Part shown: positions 20,537 to 31,433 of the stretch, one piece after another
Numbering within the stretch: position 1 is the first letter of the stretch
Layout of the letters: the number at the start of each line of letters is the position of its first letter
DNA from: Candidatus Latescibacterota bacterium
GTDB taxonomy: Bacteria; Latescibacterota; UBA2968; UBA8231
Assembly: GCA_965204725.1 (NCBI GenBank)
Contig: OZ242005.1
Coordinates: forward strand, 608,001 to 672,000
Direction: 5' to 3'
Length of the DNA stretch: 64,000 bases
The notes under the pieces: model-generated
What the model was told of the DNA's origin: nothing
Database searches by the model: none
Seen by the model: only the letters and a program-made list of their open reading frames with translations
Made by a program: the position numbers and the translations under genes

Positions 20537-21769
20537 ATGACCGCACAACCCCAGTTACAACCAGCCGCCCCCCCTCAGCCCCGCTGCGCGGCGGCTCGCC
20601 TCCTCCACGAGGCCCTCGCCGACGTCCCCTTCCCTTGCCAGTTCACTTTTGCCCACGGCGAGACCTTGCACCTAGGCCCGCCGGGCGAACCGGCCTTTCG
20701 CGTAGTCTTTCACGCCGACGAAGTGCTCGGCAAAAGGCTTGACGAATACGCCATTGGGCGCGCTTACGTCGAAGGCCAAATCGAGATTGAGGGCGATGTG
20801 CGCTGCTTTCTAGGGTTGCGCCAGTACATCCGGGGCAGGGTCAGCCTCGGCTTCTTGCTGCGGGCCTACCTCCAGCTCTTTTGGCGCAACCGCATTCGCC
20901 TCAACCGCGCCTCCATCGCGCATCACTACAACTTCGGCGACGACTTCTACTTGGCGTTTGTCGATCGCCAGTACCACCTCTACTCGCATTGCCTTTTTCA
21001 CCGCGACGACGAGACGCTCGAACAAGCGGCCGAGCACAAATTTGCCACCATGGCCCGCGCTCTGCGTCTGCAAGCCGGCGACCGCCTGCTCGACATTGGC
21101 GCGGGCTGGGGGGCCGTCACCCGCTACGCTGGCCCGCGCGGCATCCACTGCACGGCCCTGACCATTGCCGAGGACTCGCACCGGCTGCACCAAAACCTCA
21201 TCGCCGACCAAGGGCTGACCACCTGCGCGGTTCGCCTCGAAGATTTCCTCGCCCACGATCCGCCCGAGCCGTACGACGCCATCGTCATCTTCGGCGTCAT
21301 CGAGCACATCCCCCACTACCGCGACTTTGTCGCGCAAGTGTGGAAGTGCCTCAAGCCCGGGGGCCGCATTTATCTCGACGCCTCGGCCACCCTCGAAAAA
21401 TACAAGGTCAGCAATTTCGTGCGCCGCTACATCTATCCCGGCACCCACACGTACTTGTGCCTGCCCGACCTGCTGCAAGAGTTCCTCATGCACGGCTTCA
21501 AGGTGGAAGAAGTGATCGACGAAACGCACGACTACGCCCGGACGCTGGAGCACTGGGCCGCGCGCTTTGAGGCCAACCGCCAAACCATCGTCGAGCGCTG
21601 GGGCGAAGCCGTCTTTCGGGCCTTCCGCCTGTACTTGTGGGGCGGCTCCCAGGCCATGGACCACCACCAACTCCAAGCCTACCACTTGGTGGCCCAGCGC
21701 ACCGAGGCCCCCGGTATCCGGCCGGGGTTTTTCAAGCGCTTGCTCTACTTCATCCGCAGTCTCAATTAG
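20537..21769 (+). CDS. cfa: Cyclopropane-fatty-acyl-phospholipid synthase family SAM methyltransferase
   Basis: IAHHYNFGDDFY, YSHCLF, LLDIGAGWG, RYIYPG, DYARTL.HW..RF. Confidence 0.85.
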   Translation: MTAQPQLQPAAPPQPRCAAARLLHEALADVPFPCQFTFAHGETLHLGPPGEPAFRVVFHADEVLGKRLDEYAIGRAYVEGQIEIEGDVRCFLGLRQYIRGRVSLGFLLRAYLQLFWRNRIRLNRASIAHHYNFGDDFYLAFVDRQYHLYSHCLFHRDDETLEQAAEHKFATMARALRLQAGDRLLDIGAGWGAVTRYAGPRGIHCTALTIAEDSHRLHQNLIADQGLTTCAVRLEDFLAHDPPEPYDAIVIFGVIEHIPHYRDFVAQVWKCLKPGGRIYLDASATLEKYKVSNFVRRYIYPGTHTYLCLPDLLQEFLMHGFKVEEVIDETHDYARTLEHWAARFEANRQTIVERWGEAVFRAFRLYLWGGSQAMDHHQLQAYHLVAQRTEAPGIRPGFFKRLLYFIRSLN

Positions 21770-21797
21770 GCGGTTTCTCACGTCCCGTCCCATCCCC

Positions 21798-23717
21798 TTG
21801 TCTGCCTTCTCTTGGCGCGCCGTCGGCACGGGTTTGCTCCTCGTTGGGGCGATCAGCGTCCTAAGCCCTTGGGGCATCCTCATCGTCAAAGGCTCGCAGC
21901 TCACCAGCAATGCCATCCCGGTCATCGCCGTCCTCTCGCTCTTTGTGCTGACGGCCGCGGTCCTGCCCCTGCTCAAGATGCTGGGCCGGGCGTGGGCCTT
22001 TTCCCGCGCCGAACTCATCGCCGTGTACGCCATGATGCTGGTCGGCGCGGTCGTGGTCACCACCGGCTTCACCGGCACCTTTTTGTCGGTCATCACCGGC
22101 GCCGCGTACTACGCCACACCGGAAAACGCTTGGCAGGAGCTTTTCGTCCAATACATCCACCCCGCGCTGGCTCCCACCGATACCGAGGCCGTGCGCCTGT
22201 TCTACGAAGGGCTGCCCCAAGGCCGCGCCATACCATGGGCCGCTTGGACCCGCCCGCTCGCCGCTTGGACCTGCTTTATCTTCGCCTTCTACTGGGTCCT
22301 CTTTTGCCTCGGCGTGTTGCTCAGAGGCCAGTGGGTCGCCAACGAGCGCCTCGTCTTCCCGCTCACCCGCCTGCCGCTGGCCATGCTCGAAGGCGCGGAC
22401 TCGGCGTCCCGCCTCGGCGGCCTGTTCAAGCACCGCCTGCTGTGGCTGGGCTTTGCCGTGCCGCTTGTGCTGCACTCTTGGAACTCGCTTCACCACTACC
22501 ACGACGCCTTCCAGCCCATCGCCCTGACCGGCAGCTTGTCCCTGCTTCAAGGCAGCGTCGGCCTGCCTTGGCGGATCAACCTGCCGATTTTGGGCCTCGC
22601 GTACCTGATGGCGCTCAGCGTCTCCTTCAGTATATGGTTTTTCTTCTTGATCTACACCCTCGAAAAAGTCGTCTTTGCCCGCATCGGCCTCGTACTCGGC
22701 GGCGGCGATATTTGGACCTCGGGCGGCGGCACGATCCCCATTTCCCATCAGCAAGCCGGCGGCCTCTTGGTGCTGGCCCTGTTCGTGCTGTGGACCGCCC
22801 GCACCCACCTGCGCCGCCTGTGGCGTCAAGCCTTAAACGACGAACCCGCCCCCGGCGAGCTCATGGCTCCGCGCACGGCGTTTGGCGGCCTAGTGCTCGG
22901 CGTGGCGTTCATGGTGGCTTGGCTGACGCTCACGGGCCTCGCCCTGTACGTGGCCGTGCTGCTAGTGGCCGGGGCGCTCATCGTCTTTATCGGCTTGTCG
23001 CGCATCGTCTGCGAGACCGGGATTCCCGGCTGCCAGACGCCCATGGTCCCGCAGGCTTTCATCACCCGCGGCATAGGCCCAGAGACCCTCGGCCTCGGCA
23101 ACATGACCGGCTTGGGCTTGAGCACGGTGTGGATGGGCGAGACCGCGGCCAACATGATGAACGCCATCATGCACAGCCTCAAGCTGACCTCCGGCGATTC
23201 GCCCGCGCCGCGCTGGCTGCTTGGGGCGCTGTTCGCCGCTATTGCCGTGGGCCTTATCGGCTCGATCTGGTTTACCATGACTTTGGCCTATACCTATGGC
23301 GGCATCAACTTGGACGGCTGGTACTTTGGTGCCGCGCCGCGCTGGCCTTTTACCTACATGGCCTCGGTGTACAACGCGCCCGAGCCGTCGTTTGCCCCGC
23401 GCCTCGCCTTCACCACCAGCGGGGGCTTGGTCATGGCGGCCCTGCTCTTTTTGCGCCACCGCTTCACGTGGTGGCCCCTGCATCCGTTGGGTTTTCCCAT
23501 CGCCTCCACCCTTACCATTGTGTACTATGGCTGGTTGTCCATCTTTTTAGCTTGGCTCTGCAAGGCGACCATCCTGCGCTACGGCGGGGTGCGCGCCTAC
23601 CGCGCTCTGATGCCGTTCTTTTTGGGGCTGATCCTCGGCGAGTTCACCACGGCCTGCCTGTGGCTCTTCATCGACGGAGCCTACGGCGTCGAGGGCAACA
23701 TGATCTTCAACTTCTGA
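21798..23717 (+). CDS. DUF6785/DUF6784-like multi-TM protein (putative transporter)
   Basis: YYATPENAW, FYEG, W...ERLVFPL, WWPLHPLGF, LRYGG...Y....PFFLGLILG; start uncertain (TTG 21798); paralog at 40199-42169. Confidence 0.75.
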   Translation: MSAFSWRAVGTGLLLVGAISVLSPWGILIVKGSQLTSNAIPVIAVLSLFVLTAAVLPLLKMLGRAWAFSRAELIAVYAMMLVGAVVVTTGFTGTFLSVITGAAYYATPENAWQELFVQYIHPALAPTDTEAVRLFYEGLPQGRAIPWAAWTRPLAAWTCFIFAFYWVLFCLGVLLRGQWVANERLVFPLTRLPLAMLEGADSASRLGGLFKHRLLWLGFAVPLVLHSWNSLHHYHDAFQPIALTGSLSLLQGSVGLPWRINLPILGLAYLMALSVSFSIWFFFLIYTLEKVVFARIGLVLGGGDIWTSGGGTIPISHQQAGGLLVLALFVLWTARTHLRRLWRQALNDEPAPGELMAPRTAFGGLVLGVAFMVAWLTLTGLALYVAVLLVAGALIVFIGLSRIVCETGIPGCQTPMVPQAFITRGIGPETLGLGNMTGLGLSTVWMGETAANMMNAIMHSLKLTSGDSPAPRWLLGALFAAIAVGLIGSIWFTMTLAYTYGGINLDGWYFGAAPRWPFTYMASVYNAPEPSFAPRLAFTTSGGLVMAALLFLRHRFTWWPLHPLGFPIASTLTIVYYGWLSIFLAWLCKATILRYGGVRAYRALMPFFLGLILGEFTTACLWLFIDGAYGVEGNMIFNF

Positions 23718-23724
23718 CTTTGCG

Positions 23725-24187
23725 TATAGCAGTCCTAAATGACTTGAGATCATGGAATGTTCATCGGCACTGTTTTTTGCCTGACGAGGCGTCATTCCCG
23801 CGAAAGAACGTCACCCCGTGCCCCGACACGGGGCGGGAATCCAGTCTTGAAGGATGTAGGATTGCTATATACGGGCCGTTTGACTTAGCCAGTGAAATGC
23901 CGGACCCTTGGCACGGCGTCCAGTTAAGAAAAGGAGCAAACGGCCATGCCCCCCGCAAACGGTTGCTATAGCTGTCCTACATCGTTCATAAGGGATGTTC
24001 TGCATGGCGTGTTGGGTATGAGATACTTCGCTGCGCTCAGTATGACACGGTCTGGGGTACGCAGCCCCTGTCTCTGGGTCACGCTGAGCGCAGCGCAGTC
24101 GAAGTCCCCGTCTCGGTGTCATGCTGAGCGTAGCGAAGCGTAGTCGAAGCATCTCTACATGCTTGCAAGTCATTTAGGATGGCTATA
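23725..24187. mobile_element. Array of three TA-joined MITE-like units carrying internal REP-like hairpins
   Basis: Ends TATAGC.(G/A)TCCTA(A/C)AT at 23725, 23869 (rc), 23967 and 24187 (rc); middle unit bounded by CCGTTTG/CAAACGG; internal GTCATTCCCGC..GCGGGAATCC and three GTCA(T/C)(G/A)CTGAGCG hairpins. Confidence 0.7.
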
Positions 24188-24226
24188 TACGCTAGACGAC
24201 CTCTCAACCGCATGCCCCCCATAGCC

Positions 24227-25393
24227 ATGCGCTGGCTATTGCTGCTAGTCCTATCGGCCGGGCCGGGGTGGACGCAGGTGGATGTGCTGCTAACCAAAAT
24301 CGACGAGGGCATCGCTTGGGTCAGCCCCTATTGGGGGTACAACGCGCCCAAACTAATTTTCGACGGCACGGCCTATTACACCCTAGGGCTGTGGGGGGCC
24401 GAGCCGGCCACGGCGCGAGGGGCGATCTACAAGCTAGAAGCCGGGCAATGGCGGCGCGGTTATACGTGGGATGGCTTGAACTACCAACCGGGCCTGCTGC
24501 TCCTCGATAGCCAGCAGCACCTCATCCTGATTTACCCCACCCTCAACGGCCCGCCCGTCGCGTTGCGGGCGACCGAGCCGGGGCAAATTGACCGCTTTGA
24601 GCCGTTGCCCGTGCCGCCGTTGAGCAAGGCCGGGTACATGGGGGCCGGGATCTACCGAGAGCGGCTCGTCGTGGGCTGTATCGGCGACCCTGCTACCTAT
24701 ACCTTCCAGCTAGCCGTGCTCGACTTGGACACACGGACTTGGACCGACCCCTTTGTCTTGGCCCCGGCCCAGCGGCGCGACGAGCCTTTCACCACTTGGC
24801 TATACCCCATCGTCCAGCCCGATGCGACCGGGATTCATCTGCTCGTGAGCAACCAGCCCGATCCAACGGCCCGCTACGACCGCATCCTCTACCTGCACCT
24901 GCCCTACCCACCAACCCAACCGCCTCAGCCCGAAGTGATCGCGCAAGGCGAGATGGCCTTTGGCGAGGCCATGCTGCGGACGCCCGACGGCCACATCTAC
25001 GTCACCGGCCAGTACCAGCCCGCCGGGCAGCCCAACCAGCTCTACATTTTCCGGCGCGATCCACAGACGCACTCTTGGAGTGGTCAAGCCCTGAGCCTGT
25101 CGCAAGTGGCGGCCGTATTCCAAGCACCCGACGAGCCAGCACGCCTGTGGATTCCGAGCACCTACGGCGCGCAACTGCGGCTCTATGTCTCGGAGGACGC
25201 CGGGGCGCGCTGGAGCGCGGTGCCCCTGCCGGGCTTGGAGGAGCAGTCGCTGGTCTCTACCTTTTTCATGCACGGCATCTCCGCGGCCAGTGGCAGCCTC
25301 GTGCCGCCGGAGCCTACCGTGGTGTTCAGTGCCGGCGTCCATCCCAACTACCAGTTGTGGTTCGCCCAATTTAAGACGCGACTGATTCGCTAA
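24227..25393 (+). CDS. Secreted hypothetical protein, BNR/sialidase-like beta-propeller
   Basis: Signal peptide MRWLLLLVL; Asp-box [10 protein letters not shown]; YWGYNAPK motif. Confidence 0.6.
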   Translation: MRWLLLLVLSAGPGWTQVDVLLTKIDEGIAWVSPYWGYNAPKLIFDGTAYYTLGLWGAEPATARGAIYKLEAGQWRRGYTWDGLNYQPGLLLLDSQQHLILIYPTLNGPPVALRATEPGQIDRFEPLPVPPLSKAGYMGAGIYRERLVVGCIGDPATYTFQLAVLDLDTRTWTDPFVLAPAQRRDEPFTTWLYPIVQPDATGIHLLVSNQPDPTARYDRILYLHLPYPPTQPPQPEVIAQGEMAFGEAMLRTPDGHIYVTGQYQPAGQPNQLYIFRRDPQTHSWSGQALSLSQVAAVFQAPDEPARLWIPSTYGAQLRLYVSEDAGARWSAVPLPGLEEQSLVSTFFMHGISAASGSLVPPEPTVVFSAGVHPNYQLWFAQFKTRLIR

Positions 25394-25415
25394 TCCATCG
25401 CAAAAAGGAGCTACC

Positions 25416-25730
25416 ATGATCCGCAAAGCCTTTGTCATGCAAGTCAATCCCGACCAACACGCCGAATACGAAAAGCGCCACAACCCGATATGGCCTGAGC
25501 TGGAGCAGACCCTCAAGGAACACGGCGTCCACAACTACTCCATCTTCCTCCACCCAGACACCCACCAGCTTTTTGCCTACGTGGAACTCGAAGACGAGGA
25601 GCGCTGGCAGCGCATCGCCGAGACGCCGGATTGCCGCCGGTGGTGGACGTACATGAAGGACATCATGGCCACCCACCCGGACGACAGCCCGCGCGCCCAA
25701 GACCTGCGCGAGGTGTTCCACATCGACTGA
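25416..25730 (+). CDS. rhaM: L-rhamnose mutarotase
   Basis: [41 protein letters not shown]; AAGGAG RBS. Confidence 0.95.
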   Translation: MIRKAFVMQVNPDQHAEYEKRHNPIWPELEQTLKEHGVHNYSIFLHPDTHQLFAYVELEDEERWQRIAETPDCRRWWTYMKDIMATHPDDSPRAQDLREVFHID

Positions 25731-25802
25731 GTTCGCACGCAAAGCGCGTCGTCCTTAGCTTCTATCCGCTAGCTAACTTCGCTGCGAAATTCGGCTGAAA
25801 AC

Positions 25803-27146
25803 ATGCACATTTTGGTCATAGGTGCCGGCGCCATCGGCTTCCAGTTGAGCAAGCAACTGAGCCAAGACGGGCACGACATTACCCAGATTGACACTGATCC
25901 GCGGCGCGTCAAGCGCGTCAGCGACCAGCTCGACATCATCGTCGCCGAGGGCAACGGCACCAGTTTGCAGGACTTGCGCGGGATCGGCATCGAGGAGGTG
26001 GATATCGTCGCCGCCATGACCACCAACGACGAGGTCAACCTGCTCGCCTGTAGAATGGCCAAGAAGCTAGGGGTCCAAGAGGCCATCGCCCGCGTCCGCA
26101 ATCCCGAGTTTACAGCCCCCGACTTTATTTTTAGCCCGGAAGAGCTCGGCGTCGATCAGTTCATCCACCCCGAGAAAGAAACCGCCGACGCCATCGCCCG
26201 CCTCATTCGCCAGTCCAGCGCCACCGATCTGGTCGAGTTTTCCGAAGGCAAACTCGTCTTGCTCGGCACCCGCCTCGACCCCCAGTCCTCCTTGCTCCAC
26301 GCGCCGTTGACCGAGTTGGGGCGGCAGTTTGCCGACATTCCCATGCGCATCGTCGCCATCCAGCGCAAGCAACAGACCTTGATCCCCCGCGGCAACACCA
26401 CCCTGCTGCCCGAGGACCGGATCTTCGTCATCAGCGATCCCGACTTCATTCCCTCGGTGGTCCGCCTGACCGGCCACACCGACCACCGCATCGAGGACAT
26501 CGCCATCCTCGGCGGCGGCCTCATCGGCCGGTTCGTCGCCGAAGAGCTCTCGGCGCAGATGCGCGTCAAGCTGATCGAAAGCCGCGTCGGACGCTCGCGG
26601 CAAATCGCCGACCAACTCGCCAACGTGCTGGTCATCCAAGGCGACGGCACAGACTACGACCTGTTGGCCGTAGAAGGGCTCGCCGACATGGATGCCTTTA
26701 TCGCCGTCACGGGCAACGACGAGGTCAACATCATCTCCACGCTCGTCGCCAAGCACCTCGAAGTGCCGCGCGCCATCGCCTTGGTCAACAACGTCGGGTA
26801 CATGCCCATCACCCCGGCCATCGGGCTCGATTCGGTGTTGAGCAAACAGCTCCTGACCGTCAACGCCGTCCAGCGCTACGTGCGGCACCAGCGCATCGCC
26901 TCCATCGCCAGCCTCCCCGGCCTCGACGTGGAAGCGGTCGAGTACATCGCCCGCGACGACAGCAAAATTACCCAAAAGCCCCTCATCTCCATCCGCCTGC
27001 CCAAAGATTCGATTATCGGTGCCGTCGTCCATCGCGATCGCGTGGTCATCCCCCGAGGCGATACGCGCATCCGCCCCGGCGACAAAGCCGTGGTCTTCGC
27101 CCGGCACTACGTCCACGAGGCCGTGCGCAAAATTTTCGGCGGCTAG
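25803..27146 (+). CDS. trkA: Trk potassium uptake NAD-binding subunit
   Basis: Two RCK N/C repeats, GAGAIG and GGGLIG; 447 aa. Confidence 0.95.
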   Translation: MHILVIGAGAIGFQLSKQLSQDGHDITQIDTDPRRVKRVSDQLDIIVAEGNGTSLQDLRGIGIEEVDIVAAMTTNDEVNLLACRMAKKLGVQEAIARVRNPEFTAPDFIFSPEELGVDQFIHPEKETADAIARLIRQSSATDLVEFSEGKLVLLGTRLDPQSSLLHAPLTELGRQFADIPMRIVAIQRKQQTLIPRGNTTLLPEDRIFVISDPDFIPSVVRLTGHTDHRIEDIAILGGGLIGRFVAEELSAQMRVKLIESRVGRSRQIADQLANVLVIQGDGTDYDLLAVEGLADMDAFIAVTGNDEVNIISTLVAKHLEVPRAIALVNNVGYMPITPAIGLDSVLSKQLLTVNAVQRYVRHQRIASIASLPGLDVEAVEYIARDDSKITQKPLISIRLPKDSIIGAVVHRDRVVIPRGDTRIRPGDKAVVFARHYVHEAVRKIFGG

Positions 27147-27154
27147 GCAACGCA

Positions 27155-28603
27155 ATGCACGCGGCCGTTGCATTTCGGGTGCTGGGCGTCCTGCTGACGT
27201 TGTTTAGCGTCACTATGTTAGTCCCCGCGGGCGTGTCGCTCCTCTACCGCGATGGCGCGGCCAACGCCTTTCTGTCGGCCTTTGCCATTACGCTCGTCAC
27301 CGGCTTGGCGTGCTGGTTGCCCGTGCGCCGGCAGCGCGCCGAGTTGCGGATTCGGGATGGCTTTTTGGTAACGGTCTTGTTCTGGGCCGTCTTGGGCTTG
27401 TACGGCGCCTTTCCCCTGATGTTGTCCGACCAGCCCCAACTGAGCGTCACCGACGCCGTATTTGAGTCCCTCTCGGGCTTGACCACGACCGGGGCCACGG
27501 TCATCGAAGGGCTAGACGACCTGCCGCGCTCCATCTTGTTATACCGTCAGCAACTCCAGTGGTTGGGCGGCATGGGCATCATCGTCCTCGCCCTTGCCGT
27601 GTTGCCCATGCTCGGCGTCGGCGGGATGCAGCTTTTTCGCGCCGAGATCACCGGCCCCATGAAGGATTCAAAGCTGACCCCGAGAATCACCCAGACCGCC
27701 AAGGCACTTTGGTACATCTACTTGAGTTTAACCGCAGCCTGTGCCGTGGCCTATTGGCTGGCTGGCATGACGCCATTCGACGCCATCGCCCACAGCTTTG
27801 CCACAGTTTCCATCGGCGGTTTTTCAACCCACGACGCCAGCATCGGCTTTTTTAACAGCCAAGCCATCGAGCTGGTCGCCGTCTTTTTTATCATAATATC
27901 GGGCATCAACTTCACGTTGCACTTTTACGCCTTTCGCCAGCGGTCTCTACACCCGTATCGCACCGACTCCGAATGCCGCGCTTACCTGACCATTTTGCTC
28001 GCCACCGCCCTCGTCGCCGCGCTAATACTCTTTACCCACGACGAGCACGACGCCATCGCCTCCCTGCGCTACGGCCTCTTCGCCACCGTGTCCATCGTCA
28101 CCACCACCGGCTTTAGCATTGCCGACCATTCGGTCTGGCCCAGCGTTCTGCCGTTTTTATTGTTCCTCGGCTCGTTTGTCGGGGGGTGCGCCGGCTCAAC
28201 AGCCGGGGGCATCAAAACGATGCGCCTGTTGCTCATTCTAAAACAGGGGAGCCGCGAGATCACGCGCCTGATTCACCCCAACGCCGTCCTCCCCATTAGG
28301 GTGGGGCAACGGTCGGTTCCCGATCGGGTCATGGAAGCGGTGTGGGGGTTTTTCTCGATGTACGTGCTGACGTTCACGATCATGTTCATCGCCGTGCTCG
28401 CCACCGGCTTGGACCTGACGACGTCCTTTTCAGCGGTGGCCGCCTGCATCAACAACTTAGGCCCGGGCCTCGGGCAAGTCGTTCACCACTACGGCGACAT
28501 CAATTCGGTCGCCAAGTGGATTCTGTGTTTTGCCATGCTGATTGGGCGGCTGGAGGTTTTCACGCTCTTGGTGCTGTTCAGCCCGGGGTTTTGGCGCAAG
28601 TAA
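27155..28603 (+). CDS. trkH: Trk potassium uptake membrane protein
   Basis: FESLSGLTTTGAT, QWLGGMGII, SIGGFS, GGCAGSTAGGIK, NNLGPG, GRLE. Confidence 0.95.
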   Translation: MHAAVAFRVLGVLLTLFSVTMLVPAGVSLLYRDGAANAFLSAFAITLVTGLACWLPVRRQRAELRIRDGFLVTVLFWAVLGLYGAFPLMLSDQPQLSVTDAVFESLSGLTTTGATVIEGLDDLPRSILLYRQQLQWLGGMGIIVLALAVLPMLGVGGMQLFRAEITGPMKDSKLTPRITQTAKALWYIYLSLTAACAVAYWLAGMTPFDAIAHSFATVSIGGFSTHDASIGFFNSQAIELVAVFFIIISGINFTLHFYAFRQRSLHPYRTDSECRAYLTILLATALVAALILFTHDEHDAIASLRYGLFATVSIVTTTGFSIADHSVWPSVLPFLLFLGSFVGGCAGSTAGGIKTMRLLLILKQGSREITRLIHPNAVLPIRVGQRSVPDRVMEAVWGFFSMYVLTFTIMFIAVLATGLDLTTSFSAVAACINNLGPGLGQVVHHYGDINSVAKWILCFAMLIGRLEVFTLLVLFSPGFWRK

Positions 28604-28686
28604 TATCCGCGACCTAAGTACTGTTGCCGCTGCGTCCGGGATCCTTAGGAGGCTGGAGGCTGGTGTCGTGTAGTAATATCCGCGAC
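28601..28686. mobile_element. Degenerate 60-bp miniature insertion flanked by a 13-15-bp direct repeat
   Basis: (AG)TAATATCCGCGAC at 28599-28613 and 28672-28686; the insert starts CTAAGTAC and ends TGTCGTGTAG, like the element at 60097. Confidence 0.55.
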
Positions 28687-29223
28687 GATGGCGGCCAGTG
28701 CTTCCCACAGGTAAGCCGCCAAGCTGTAATCGACCCACAGGCGGTACGCGCGCTGCCCATCCTCGCTGCGCGGCAGGACCGCACAAGCCGCACCCGCCAC
28801 CTGCGTGTACACCATCCGTCCTGCCGGCGCACGGGCCAAATCCACCGCGCAAGCCTGCGCCCAAATGCCCGCGGTCGCATGGCCGCGCACCACCAAGGTC
28901 GCCGACTGCTGCTCCACCCGATACACGCCGGCCTCGGCCGCGTCCAACGCCGCGTTCAGCCGCGCCCAGAGCGCGTCTTGGGGTCGGCACTCCAAGATCA
29001 GTTCGCCCGCACCCACCCGCGCCAAAACCCCGTCCGCGCCCACGAGCCGCGTGTCGTATATCCGCGCTGGCAATCCGAGCGTGTGCTGCTCGGCCCACTC
29101 GACCAAGCGCGGACCTTTGGCCCCGATCTGGACCGTATCAACCGGATGGTGCAAGGCGGCCTGCACCGCAGCCGGTGCGTCGGCGACGAGATGAGCGATG
29201 GGACTTTGGCGCGTCGCGGTCAT
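28645..29223 (-). CDS. soxG: Sarcosine oxidase gamma / N-methylglutamate dehydrogenase subunit D
   Basis: [41 protein letters not shown]; ATG overlaps the hsdR stop (ATGA). Confidence 0.8.
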   Translation of the reverse strand: MTATRQSPIAHLVADAPAAVQAALHHPVDTVQIGAKGPRLVEWAEQHTLGLPARIYDTRLVGADGVLARVGAGELILECRPQDALWARLNAALDAAEAGVYRVEQQSATLVVRGHATAGIWAQACAVDLARAPAGRMVYTQVAGAACAVLPRSEDGQRAYRLWVDYSLAAYLWEALAAIVADITTRHQPPAS

Positions 29224-31433
29224 CCGCTCCATCCTTCCGACAGCACTTCGGCCTGGGCTAGGACGGTCTGGGTGGCGTTTTCTCGCTGGTCTGGCGGGTA
29301 GCCGTGGCGTTTCAGGGTGCGCTTGACCAACACGCGCAACTTTGCCCGCACGTTCTCCCGCAGCATCCCCACCAAGCCGCCCGGCTTATCCCTGAACACG
29401 CGGTTGACGCGGGCAATGGCCTGCATCAGTCCGTGTCCGCGCATGGGCTTATCTACATACATCGTATGCAGGCTTGGCGCGTCAAAGCCCGTCAGCCATA
29501 GATCGCGGACTATCACGACGCGGAACGGGTCGGCCGCGTCGCGGAACCGCTTGGCGAGGGCTTCCCGCCGGGGCTTGCTGCGAATGTGCGGCTGCCATTT
29601 CAGCGGATCGGACGCCGCTCCGGTCATCACTACCTTGACCGCGCCCTGCATGTCGTCCTCGCGGTGCCAGTCGGGGCGCAGGCGCACCAATTCGCGGTAG
29701 AGCGCGATGCAAATGCGGCGGCTCATGCAGACGACCATGGCCTTGCCCTCCAGCACGGCCAAGCGTTGCCCAAAGTGTTCTACGATGTCTTGGGCGATCA
29801 GCCGCACACGCTGGTCCGCGCCGACGATGGCCTCTAGCTGGGCCCAACGAGCCTTGAGCTTTTCCTTGCGCTCGATTTCCTCGCCCTCGGTGGCCTCTTC
29901 AAAACCCGAGTCGATGCGCGGTCGCTCCCCCTCGTCAAGGGCCAGTTTAGCGAGCCTGCTCTCGTAGTAGATCGGCACGGTCGCCCCATCCTCGACCGCA
30001 CGTTGGATGTCGTAGATGCTGATGTAATTGCCGAACACAGCGCGGGTGTTGGCGTCCTGCTGCTCAATCGGGGTGCCGGTGAAGCCAACGAAGGAAGCCT
30101 GCGGCAGCGCGTCGCGCAGATGGCGGGCGAACCCGTCGATGAAGTCGTACTGGCTGCGATGCGCTTCGTCGGCAATGACCACGATGTTGCGCCGGGCGGA
30201 AAGCAGCGGATGCACGTCGCCCTTTTCTTCGGGAAAAAACTTCTGAATGGTCGTAAAGACCACGCCGCCCGATTCGACCGCCAGCTTGCGGCGCAAATCG
30301 GCCCGGCTGGTGGCCTGCACTGGCGGCTGGCGCAGCAGGGCTTGGCAACGCGCAAATGTGCTGAAGAGCTGGTCGTCGAGGTCGTTGCGGTCGGTGAGCA
30401 CGACGACCGTTGGATTCTCCATGGCCGGCTCGCGGATGACGGCCCCCGCGTAAAAGGCCATGGTCAGGCTCTTGCCCGACCCTTGGGTATGCCAGACGAC
30501 GCCAATGCGCCGGTCGCCGCGCTCGCCCCCGGGGGACTGACCCGTTTCGTACCGCCCTTGCGTCTCGGCGGCGCGCTCATCGGCCTGCTGCACCGCTCGC
30601 AGGGTCTCGCCCACGGCCACCCGCACCGCGTGGAACTGGTGATAGCCGGCCATCTTCTTGGCGAGCGCACCGCCGCCGCTGTCCTCAAACGCGATGAAGT
30701 CGCGCACGAGATCGAGAAAGCGACGCGGCTCGAATACGCCTTCAATCAGCACTTGCAGCTCGGGTAGGGAGGCTGGGGCGAGCCCTTCGCCAGCGACCGT
30801 GCGCCACGGCTTGAACCACTCCCACCCGCTGGTCAGCGTCCCGATCCTCGCCTCAACTCCGTCCGATACCACTAGGGCCGCGTTCATGGCGAATAGAGCG
30901 GGCAATTCGGCCTTGTAGGTCTGAAGCTGTTGCCAAGCGGTTCGGATGGTGGCGTCTTCGTCCGCCGGGTTCTTGAGTTCGATCAGCGCTAGCGGCAGGC
31001 CGTTGACGAATAGCGCGATGTCGGGACGACGGATATATCGGTTCTCAGCGACCGTGAACTGGTTGACCGCGAGCCAGTTGTTGGCCTCTGCGTCGTCAAA
31101 GCTGACAACCTGCGCTTGCGCCCCGCGGACTGAACCGTCGCTCGCTCGGTATTCGACCGCCACGCCGTTCACCAGCATAAGATGGAAGGCGCGGTTGCGC
31201 GTTTCGAGGGTTGCGCCCTCCGGGCGGGTCAGCTTGCGGCGGGCGTCGTCAAGCGCACTATCGGGCAACGCGGGATTCAGCCGAGCCAAGGCGTCCCGCA
31301 GCCGTTGCTCCAAGACGACCTGACCGTAGTCGGTGCGCTCCGCTGCGGCAGCACCGGGGGCAATCGTCCAGCCGAGGCTTTCGAGATAAGCGAGGGCCGC
31401 GTCTTCGACGGTGGCTTCGGTGAAGGGGGTCAA
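29220..31433 (-). pseudogene. hsdR: Type I restriction subunit R with an in-frame internal deletion near the C-terminus
   Basis: [52 protein letters not shown]; KPGGLV is joined directly to the terminal [14 protein letters not shown] segment; 737 aa versus ~1000+ typical. Confidence 0.85.

Noticed and set aside
21812-23971. 719-aa plus-strand ORF and many other long overlapping ORFs
   Set aside because: Arg/Pro/Gly-rich shadow frames of GC-rich genes with no motifs
24020-24155. Possible CRISPR array from three similar hairpins
   Set aside because: Mixed orientation, degenerate, irregular spacing and no cas genes
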